Translations under genes and position numbers: made by a program
Notes under the pieces: generated by a model
Seen by the model: only the letters and a program-made list of their open reading frames with translations
What the model was told of the DNA's origin: nothing
Databases searched by the model: none
DNA from: a virus
Taxonomy: Duplodnaviria > Caudoviricetes
Reading direction: 5' to 3' (one strand)
DNA: 32,734 bases
IMG/VR virus record: IMGVR_UViG_3300048599_000264
Span: 1 to 32,734 of that record
Shown here: piece by piece, positions 27,284 to 32,734 of the stretch
Layout: each line of letters starts with the position of its first letter
How positions within the stretch are numbered: position 1 is the stretch's first letter

Positions 27284-27588
27284 CATTGTCAACAAATCAA
27301 CCCGAGTTCGATAGCGGCGAAGAGATAGACATACCTCCGAAAGGATATAAAGGGGTAGAGGCTCCGTCTACGTTGAACGCACATCAGCAAATGAAACTTT
27401 TTAACGACAATAAGGCGAGGAAAATGTTGTACATATCCTTGATCATATTGTGCGGCATGTATCTCTTGGACACGGTCTGCCCAAATAATAGCGAACTCAA
27501 AGTGCCGCTTTTTGAGGCAGTGAAGTTTTTGGTGGCAAGCATAATCGGTTATTTGTTTGCCAAGTCAGGTGAGGAAAAGTCTACTTAG
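27274..27588 (+). CDS. Two-TM membrane protein, candidate toxin partner of Panacea
   Basis: Overlaps the Panacea stop; hydrophilic N-terminus and two C-terminal hydrophobic helices ending IIGYLFAK. Confidence 0.7.
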   Translation: MGITLSTNQPEFDSGEEIDIPPKGYKGVEAPSTLNAHQQMKLFNDNKARKMLYISLIILCGMYLLDTVCPNNSELKVPLFEAVKFLVASIIGYLFAKSGEEKST

Positions 27589-27607
27589 AAAGCAGCAGTA
27601 CATACGC

Positions 27608-27654
27608 AAGAGCCCCAGGGGGCCGGAAGTAACGCCGGCTCCTAGGGCTCTTTT
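27608..27654. repeat. Dispersed hairpin/terminator repeat, copy 1
   Basis: AAGAGCCCCAGGGGGCCGGAAGTAACGCCGGCTCCTAGGGCTCTTTT; lies between convergent operons. Confidence 0.85.
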
Positions 27655-27670
27655 CGTTTAAATGATTAAC

Positions 27671-27847
27671 CTATTTGATTTGCTCTGTAACCGGCCCGTC
27701 GAGCTCACGGCGAGCATCTTCGATGATGAGAAGCCGGGCGTATTCGCTCATGTTCATGCCAAGCTTTCCGGCTCTTTTCTCAAGCAGCGACTTGACCTCG
27801 GGCGATATGCGGATCATCAGGCTCTCACTCTTCTTCGTCTCGGCCAC
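27671..27847 (-). CDS. Ribbon-helix-helix DNA-binding protein (58 aa; not in ORF track)
   Basis: MAETKKSESLMIRISPEVKSLLEKRAGKLGMNMSEYARLLIIEDARRELDGPVTEQIK. Shows the RHH pattern (strand IRIS, helix, G-x-x-x-S-E-Y-x-R). GTG follows the upstream TAA directly. Confidence 0.8.
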   Translation of the reverse strand: MAETKKSESLMIRISPEVKSLLEKRAGKLGMNMSEYARLLIIEDARRELDGPVTEQIK

Positions 27848-28015
27848 TTATTTTCCCTTCCTTCTGCTCATGATTGCGTAGGCGGCAACGGATACCAAGG
27901 CGATACCCATGCAGGCAAACACGACAATGTCCAACCAATCAAAACGGGAGTAGTCCGTATTTACAACAGTGAGCAGGCATAATACGATAACGCTTCCATC
28001 GATTATCTTGCGCAT
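27848..28015 (-). CDS. Small two-TM membrane protein (55 aa; not in ORF track)
   Basis: MRKIIDGSVIVLCLLTVVNTDYSRFDWLDIVVFACMGIALVSVAAYAIMSRRKGK. Confidence 0.65.
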   Translation of the reverse strand: MRKIIDGSVIVLCLLTVVNTDYSRFDWLDIVVFACMGIALVSVAAYAIMSRRKGK

Positions 28016-28036
28016 ATTCTTTACGGATGATATAAT
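28008..28036 (+). promoter_or_regulatory. Antisense promoter
   Basis: TTGCGC-17 nt-TATAAT with TG extended motif, pointing into the minus-strand peptide gene. Confidence 0.65.
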
Positions 28037-28042
28037 CGGGGG

Positions 28043-28219
28043 AGGTGGGGGAGTTTCCTCCCCCGGCTCCTACTCCTTCTTGCGTTCCTTGCATATCCTG
28101 ATTACGTTGTACACCGTGATGGATATGTAGGCGAGCGCTTGAAGGATTTTTATTACCCAGTCATCTATCATCCATTCTCTCCTTTCCGAGGGATTTTTGT
28201 TTTCGCCCTCCCTCTTTCT
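28043..28219 (+). ncRNA. Putative type I antitoxin antisense RNA
   Basis: Starts after the promoter above, covers the 33-aa ORF and its SD, and ends at GAGGGA/TCCCTC hairpin (28188-28214) plus TTTCT. Internal GGGGAG/CTCCCC hairpin. Confidence 0.5.
28070..28171 (-). CDS. Type I toxin-like hydrophobic peptide (33 aa; not in ORF track)
   Basis: MIDDWVIKILQALAYISITVYNVIRICKERKKE; SD GAAAGGAG; one TM helix and charged tail. Confidence 0.7.
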   Translation of the reverse strand: MIDDWVIKILQALAYISITVYNVIRICKERKKE

Positions 28220-28225
28220 GATATT

Positions 28226-28254
28226 AGTGTATCAAATATATATACAAATGTCAA
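28226..28254 (-). promoter_or_regulatory. Sigma-A promoter of the small-gene operon
   Basis: Minus strand TTGACA-17 nt-TACACT with TG extended motif. Confidence 0.7.
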
Positions 28255-28435
28255 TACAATTTTGAAATATTTAATGAAAATTTGGCTGCAAAGTCTTGTG
28301 ATTTCAAGCTTTGCGGTTTTTGTTGTTAATGATAATCAGATGCCAAAATTCACTTTGCTCGAAGGTTTTTATTTATTTGATTTTGTAATATTTAGGTGTA
28401 ATATGTAAATAAAAAGAAAAATTGGAGGGCCGACA

Positions 28436-30040
28436 ATGAAAAAGGCATTATGCTTAATCCTAGCTCTACTTTTCGTGATATCGATCACCTGTGTCGGAGC
28501 ATTCGCCGGTGTAACCGCCACCCCGAACTCGGCTTCTGTCCTCGTAAATGGGAAATCGGTCTCTTTTGAAGCTTATACCATCAATGAGAACAATTACTTC
28601 AAGCTTAGGGACCTAGCCATGGCGCTCAACGGGTCTGAGAAACAGTTTGAAGTGGGCTGGGACGGGACAAATAATGCGATAAGCCTGAGCACTGCAAAAG
28701 CGTATACACCCGCAGGTGGCGAGCTTACAAGCTCAGGTAAGACGGGTACCCAAGCAGCGACTCTTTCAACATCAAAGGTCTATATAGACGGGGTCCAGGC
28801 GAATCTAACGGCCTATTTGATCGGCAGCAACAATTACTTCAAGCTGCGCGATGTCGGCGCCGCGATTAATTTCGGTGTTGGATGGGACGGCAATGCGAAC
28901 ACCATAAGCATTAATACGGCTGTCGGTTATACATCGGATACAGTTACACTGGGGAGTCTGGTCGTTCACTATATTGATGTTGGACAGGCTGATTCGTTAT
29001 TTATTGAGCTTCCGAATAAGGAAACGATGCTCATCGATGCAGGAAACAATAATGACGGTCCGAATGTCGTTCAGTATATTAAGGCGCATGGGTATAGCAA
29101 AATTACATATCTTGTAGCAACACATCCCCATGAAGACCATATCGGAGGTATGGTCTATGTTGTGAAGAACCTAGAGATAGGCTCGATTTATATGCCGAAG
29201 GCGACCACTACGACACAGACATTCTTAAATTTACTCGAAGCAATACAAGCCAAGGGGCTAAGTGTACAGACGGCTAAAGCCGGTGTAAATATAGTCAACA
29301 TCAGCGGGCTAAATGTAAGTATACTGGCTCCTAATAGTAGCCAGTATGAGGACCTCAACAACTTTTCGGCCGTGCTAAAAATCGTTTATAAGAGTAATTC
29401 GTTCCTTTTCATGGGAGATGCCGAAACACTGTCAGAGAACGAGATATCTGGTGATGTTTCAGCCGACGTACTAAAAGTGGGACATCACGGCAGCTCGTCA
29501 TCTACCGGCCAGTCATTCCTGAATAAGGTACATCCGAAGTACGCTGTGATTTCTGTTGGTGCCGGCAACGATTATGGACATCCTGCACAGTCGACGCTTG
29601 ATCGACTGTCTGCCATTGGGGCGACCGTCTACCGGACTGATAATGATGGTACCGTTGTTTTTACGTCAGACGGTACAAATATTTCGGTTGATAAAAAAGT
29701 TGCATTGAGCCCTGATACCGGCGGCGGAACAGGTCACGACATTAACGCGTCCTCGAAAGATGTAAAAATCATCAGTGTGAATAAGGTCAGCGAAATCGTA
29801 ACCATCAGGAATGAAGGCGCAGCCGATGTCGATATGACGGGTTGGGTGCTTGTTTCCGTCAAAGGAAATCAGAGATACACATTCCCAAGCTATACTCTAA
29901 AGGCCGGCAAATCTGTGACCGTTGCCAGCGGCGGGGCCTCCGGAGACTTATTCTGGACGTCGGCAAATATCTGGAACAATTCAGAATCTGATCCGGCGGA
30001 GCTGTATGATTCACAGGGTATACTGATCGACACATTTTGA
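28436..30040 (+). CDS. Exported ComEC/Rec2-like MBL-fold hydrolase with two copper-amine-oxidase-N-like repeats and a lamin-tail domain
   Basis: Signal peptide ending AFA; two NNYFKLRD...VGWDG repeats; IDVGQADS, LIDAG, THPHEDHIGG, GDAE, KVGHHGS, YGHP; C-terminal VTIRN...VDMTGW...WNN...AELYD. Confidence 0.9.
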   Translation: MKKALCLILALLFVISITCVGAFAGVTATPNSASVLVNGKSVSFEAYTINENNYFKLRDLAMALNGSEKQFEVGWDGTNNAISLSTAKAYTPAGGELTSSGKTGTQAATLSTSKVYIDGVQANLTAYLIGSNNYFKLRDVGAAINFGVGWDGNANTISINTAVGYTSDTVTLGSLVVHYIDVGQADSLFIELPNKETMLIDAGNNNDGPNVVQYIKAHGYSKITYLVATHPHEDHIGGMVYVVKNLEIGSIYMPKATTTTQTFLNLLEAIQAKGLSVQTAKAGVNIVNISGLNVSILAPNSSQYEDLNNFSAVLKIVYKSNSFLFMGDAETLSENEISGDVSADVLKVGHHGSSSSTGQSFLNKVHPKYAVISVGAGNDYGHPAQSTLDRLSAIGATVYRTDNDGTVVFTSDGTNISVDKKVALSPDTGGGTGHDINASSKDVKIISVNKVSEIVTIRNEGAADVDMTGWVLVSVKGNQRYTFPSYTLKAGKSVTVASGGASGDLFWTSANIWNNSESDPAELYDSQGILIDTF

Positions 30041-30052
30041 GAGGAGGTTGTT

Positions 30053-30253
30053 ATGAAACTGACAATCGACCGATTTGAAGGCTCGTTCGCTGTGATCGAG
30101 TTGGAAAACAGCGAAATGGTCAATGTTCCGAGAGTGATCATTCCAGCTGATGCAAAAGAGGGAAGCGTTCTTGTTATTGAAGTCGACGCAAAAGAGACTG
30201 AGGTACGTCTAAGTAGAGCGGCTGAATTAATGAAAAAGGTCTGGTTAGACTGA
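30053..30253 (+). CDS. DUF3006 domain protein
   Basis: IDRFEG.FAVIE...IP..AKEG.VL; GAGGAGG SD. Confidence 0.85.
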   Translation: MKLTIDRFEGSFAVIELENSEMVNVPRVIIPADAKEGSVLVIEVDAKETEVRLSRAAELMKKVWLD

Positions 30254-30283
30254 AATAATTCACAGATGGGAGCGGGGTTTTAC

Positions 30284-30811
30284 ATGAAAAGATTGAAGCC
30301 AATAAAGTTTTTTATCCTAGGCGTCATCGCAACGATACTATGTATTACCTTCATCAGCAACACTTTTGCATCAACCGGTACATCTTCTATCCCAGTTAGC
30401 TATAGCAATATCAAGGTTTACATGGATGGCAATCTATTCACACCGAAAGATGCAAACGGGAATGTAGTCGAGCCCTTCAGCTATAAGGGAACCGTCTATC
30501 TTCCTGTCAGAGCGATTGGCAACGCTGTAGGGAAAAGCGTCTTTTGGGATCCCCTCACGAATTCAGTATATCTGGGTTTAGTGCCGACCTCTCTACCGAG
30601 CAGTTCACCGTCTAGCTTGCCAAGTAGCCCTCCAAGCCCAAGCCCCAGCGCATCTGAACCCCAGTCGATCATTGTCTACATCACAAAAACCGGGGCGAAG
30701 TATCATCGAGGCACATGCCAATATTTAAGTCACAGTAAAATTGCAATAACATTAGCGAACGCCAAGGCGCAGGGTTATACACCCTGCTCTGTATGTGATC
30801 CCCCTGCATAG
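30284..30811 (+). CDS. Exported protein: copper-amine-oxidase-N-like domain, Pro/Ser linker, Ada-like Zn-binding domain
   Basis: Signal peptide; EPF.YKGTVYLPVRAI...V.WD; VYITKTGAKYH..TC..L...A...GYTPC..C.P. Confidence 0.82.
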   Translation: MKRLKPIKFFILGVIATILCITFISNTFASTGTSSIPVSYSNIKVYMDGNLFTPKDANGNVVEPFSYKGTVYLPVRAIGNAVGKSVFWDPLTNSVYLGLVPTSLPSSSPSSLPSSPPSPSPSASEPQSIIVYITKTGAKYHRGTCQYLSHSKIAITLANAKAQGYTPCSVCDPPA

Positions 30812-30833
30812 AGAAAGCTGAGAATCTAACATG

Positions 30834-30878
30834 AAGCCCCAGGAAACGGATCACCGCCGGTTCCTGGGGCTCTTTTTT
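30834..30878. repeat. Dispersed hairpin/terminator repeat, copy 2
   Basis: AAGCCCCAGGAAACGGATCACCGCCGGTTCCTGGGGCTCTTTTTT. Confidence 0.85.
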
Positions 30879-30906
30879 ATTTTAATCATACCTGCTGGGA
30901 GTGCAA

Positions 30907-30936
30907 TTGAAATATCATTCCATTTTGTGCTATAAT
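30907..30936 (+). promoter_or_regulatory. Sigma-A promoter of the KilA-N gene
   Basis: TTGAAA-18 nt-TATAAT with TG extended motif. Confidence 0.65.
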
Positions 30937-30965
30937 TGCTCATAATGTTACAGGGGGGTTATAAT

Positions 30966-31781
30966 ATGGAAGATACTCAATTAATGCTTCAAACTGGCTT
31001 TATCGACCGTTTAGTCGAAGATGACATTATACCTCAGCGTATAACAGACGGTTATGTGCATGCTACCGCGATGTGTAAAGCATGTGGCAAACAAATAAGT
31101 GATTATCTTAGGCTGGGAGTAACAAAATCCTTTATTGATGAGCTTTCTTCCGTTCGGGGAATTCCCCGAACGGAACTCGTGCAAACTATAAAAGGTGGAA
31201 CGCCTGAATTCCAAGGTACCTGGGTGCATCCTTTGCTTGCAATTAACTTAGGACAATGGTTATCACCAAAATTTGCTGTGCTTGTATCAACGTGGGTTTT
31301 TGAATGGCAAAGTGGTAACATACTTACACCCAGTCTTCCTTATCATCTTAGACGGTATATGGCAAACATGAACAAGGTTCCCTATGGGTACTTTTCGATG
31401 CTCAACGAGATTACATTGTCACTTATCGGGCCTCTCGAACAAATGGGGTACACCCTGCCGGCGAGCATGATTCCTGACGGATCGCTGGGAAAAGTATTCT
31501 CGAATCATTTACGAAGACTGGGGTGTCCGGTGAATTCATACCCGACATATGTTCATGGTTTTGAAGATGGCCGTGAAATTCAGGGCGTAAGATGTTATCC
31601 GAATGAGTTGTTACCGGAATTAAGGAAATACTTCATCGAAACATGGATGAAGGAAAAATCGCTAACATATTTTAGAGCGCGCTCACCTGAAGCTTTGCCT
31701 TATCTACAAAAATTCCTTACATTACCGAATTATCGAGAAGCCATGGGCTATATCGAACAAGATACAGTCTATATAGAATAA
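30966..31781 (+). CDS. KilA-N domain protein with BstA-like C-terminal domain
   Basis: QR..DGYVHAT.MC, DYLRL, GTWVHP.LA..L.QWLSP.F (KilA-N); C-terminal VP.GYFS..NE, PD.S.G, Y.H.F, YP...L..LR.Y. Confidence 0.8.
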   Translation: MEDTQLMLQTGFIDRLVEDDIIPQRITDGYVHATAMCKACGKQISDYLRLGVTKSFIDELSSVRGIPRTELVQTIKGGTPEFQGTWVHPLLAINLGQWLSPKFAVLVSTWVFEWQSGNILTPSLPYHLRRYMANMNKVPYGYFSMLNEITLSLIGPLEQMGYTLPASMIPDGSLGKVFSNHLRRLGCPVNSYPTYVHGFEDGREIQGVRCYPNELLPELRKYFIETWMKEKSLTYFRARSPEALPYLQKFLTLPNYREAMGYIEQDTVYIE

Positions 31782-31791
31782 GGTTGCAGAG

Positions 31792-31843
31792 AAAAGAGAG
31801 CCCCAGGACCGGAAGTAACTCCGGTTCCTGGGGCTCTCTTTTT
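31792..31843. repeat. Dispersed hairpin/bidirectional terminator repeat, copy 3
   Basis: AAAAGAGAGCCCCAGGACCGGAAGTAACTCCGGTTCCTGGGGCTCTCTTTTT. Confidence 0.85.
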
Positions 31844-31917
31844 GAGCACAGAATGGTCTTTGGGTCATATGATAAAGTGTGATCGGAACAAAAAAACATA
31901 TAGCGTCAATTGGATGG

Positions 31918-31951
31918 GCCGGGAAGGCCAGCTACGGCTGACCTTCCCGGT
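31918..31951. other. Stable hairpin with cUACGg tetraloop
   Basis: GCCGGGAAGGCCAGC-TACG-GCTGACCTTCCCGGT. Confidence 0.6.
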
Positions 31952-31962
31952 TATATTGCGTT

Positions 31963-31989
31963 AAAAAAATTCCGCAGATGAACTGCGGA
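31963..31989 (-). terminator. Minus-strand intrinsic terminator
   Basis: Minus strand TCCGCAG-TTCAT-CTGCGGA followed by ATTTTTTT. Confidence 0.6.
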
Positions 31990-32065
31990 GAGGTGTTGGG
32001 TAAGGGGGATTTTATAAGGAGCGGAATTGAAACCATCTTTATTAGCTTTTCCTGCGCAATTCATT

Positions 32066-32284
32066 TTATTCGCGCGCTGTTTTCAGTCGATATTCCACCA
32101 TGGCATTTTCGACGGCCTTGACCCTTGTCATGAATCCAACCTGAGGCCGGTCGGCGGACCAGTACCAGGCGTGAAAGCCGTCCGCATGATCGGCGGCGTA
32201 TTGCCACTGAGACAGGCGATAGCCGCCGGCGGTAAGCAGCGTTGCAATATCGTTCCATTCTTCAAGGGTTTTTATTACTTTCAT
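32066..32284 (-). CDS. Hypothetical protein (72 aa)
   Basis: ATGA overlap with the upstream ORF; a truncated paralogous N-terminus lies nearby. Confidence 0.65.
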   Translation of the reverse strand: MKVIKTLEEWNDIATLLTAGGYRLSQWQYAADHADGFHAWYWSADRPQVGFMTRVKAVENAMVEYRLKTARE

Positions 32285-32445
32285 ATAGCCGGCCAGGCGG
32301 GCATGCCTTTGTCGTCAATAAGGTGGAACTGATCATCCGGGCGTATCATCCGATTAAGGTGGAGCATCAGCAGCATTATTCTCAGGTCAAAGTCGCTGTC
32401 AATGACGGCAGCGCCACCGCCGTAGTTTCTTATCAGGGTGTACAT
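32281..32445 (-). CDS. Hypothetical protein (54 aa; not in ORF track)
   Basis: MYTLIRNYGGGAAVIDSDFDLRIMLLMLHLNRMIRPDDQFHLIDDKGMPAWPAI; GGAGG SD; TATAAT at 32466-32471 on the minus strand. Confidence 0.6.
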   Translation of the reverse strand: MYTLIRNYGGGAAVIDSDFDLRIMLLMLHLNRMIRPDDQFHLIDDKGMPAWPAI

Positions 32446-32499
32446 CTTTATCGCCTCCAGATTCTATTATACACGTCCGGAGGGCAATATGCAGGACAT

Positions 32500-32580
32500 C
32501 TATTTCGATTTATAATAGCCTCCGTCGGCGAACAGGGCGGCTATTGCGGCCAATTCCTCGAGCGAATCGATTTTCTTCAT
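32500..32580 (-). pseudogene. Truncated paralogue of the 72-aa ORF (26 aa)
   Basis: MKKIDSLEELAAIAALFADGGY aligns without gaps to MKVIKTLEEWNDIATLLTAGGY, then stops. Confidence 0.55.
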
Positions 32581-32630
32581 ATTTTATACCCCATTTTATA
32601 CCCCAATAGTGCCGTTTTTAATGGGGTATA
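32581..32630. repeat. Putative integrase arm-type sites
   Basis: ATTTTATACCCC twice in tandem (32581-32604) plus inverted TGGGGTATA (32622-32630), about 70-120 bp from the tRNA end. Confidence 0.6.
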
Positions 32631-32659
32631 TGGTGTCATGCTTTACATTTACGAAAAAT

Positions 32660-32696
32660 ATAAAAAATCCTGCGACCGTTGCAATCACAGGATTTT
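32660..32696 (-). terminator. Terminator hairpin downstream of the tRNA 3' end
   Basis: AAAATCCTGCGA / TCACAGGATTTT stem; the minus strand ends in TTTTTT. Confidence 0.65.
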
Positions 32697-32701
32697 CTTA
32701 G

Positions 32702-32734
32702 TGGTGGAGGAGGGTGGATTCGAACCACCGAAGT
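32702..32734 (-). tRNA. 3' part of a tRNA (probably tRNA-Tyr); prophage att core
   Basis: Minus strand ACTTCGGTGGTTCGAATCCACCCTCCTCCACCA: T-arm GGTGG-TTCGAAT-CCACC, acceptor CTCCTCC, discriminator A, CCA. The anticodon is outside the window, so identity rests on resemblance to Firmicute tRNA-Tyr. Confidence 0.8.

Larger units (their letters stand above)
1..32734 (+). mobile_element. Prophage (temperate myovirus-type), right part, ending at a tRNA att site
   Basis: Co-oriented replication-packaging-head-tail-lysis order, then an accessory region and a tRNA 3' end with arm-type repeats. The integrase/immunity module is outside the window. Confidence 0.95.

Noticed and set aside
27662-28408. 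Plus-strand ORFs 27662-27982, 27675-27881 and 28139-28408
   Set aside because: Better explained as antisense to three minus-strand genes and their promoter; no SD or motifs.
28436-30040. Beta-lactamase, Apyc1 anti-Pycsar enzyme, or full ComEC
   Set aside because: The motifs (DVGQ, KVGHHGS, YGHP) are ComEC/Rec2-type, the protein is exported, and it lacks the competence membrane domain.
27608-31843. CRISPR array reading of the three hairpin repeats
   Set aside because: Spacing is 1-3 kb with whole genes between, the copies are degenerate, and there are no cas genes.
32027-32332. Plus-strand 101-aa ORF after AAGGAG
   Set aside because: It is antisense to the better supported coupled minus-strand ORFs and has no recognisable features; not fully excluded.

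Overview
This window is the right-hand ~33 kb of a temperate contractile-tailed (myovirus-type) prophage, probably from a Clostridia-like Firmicute (inferred from gene families, SD sites and sigma-A-like promoters). The order is: primase/helicase (5'-truncated by the window), probable replication origin, RusA, ArpU-like late activator and late promoter, a lambda-like cos site, lambda-type packaging and head genes, a P2/Mu-type tail and baseplate (with a -1 frameshifted chaperone), tail fibre, lysis genes, then an AT-richer accessory region (26.7-32.6 kb). It ends in an att site at the 3' end of a tRNA-Tyr-like sequence. The accessory region is the most interesting part. Three homologous ~45-bp hairpins divide it into modules: (i) a Panacea/DUF4065 antitoxin plus a 2-TM protein; (ii) a three-small-gene minus-strand operon absent from the ORF track (33-aa type-I-toxin-like peptide, 55-aa 2-TM protein, 58-aa RHH regulator) with a convergent antisense promoter; (iii) an exported ComEC-like MBL nuclease, DUF3006 and an Ada-like Zn-binding protein; (iv) a KilA-N protein with a BstA-like C-terminus. 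All family assignments come from motif recognition, not database searches.
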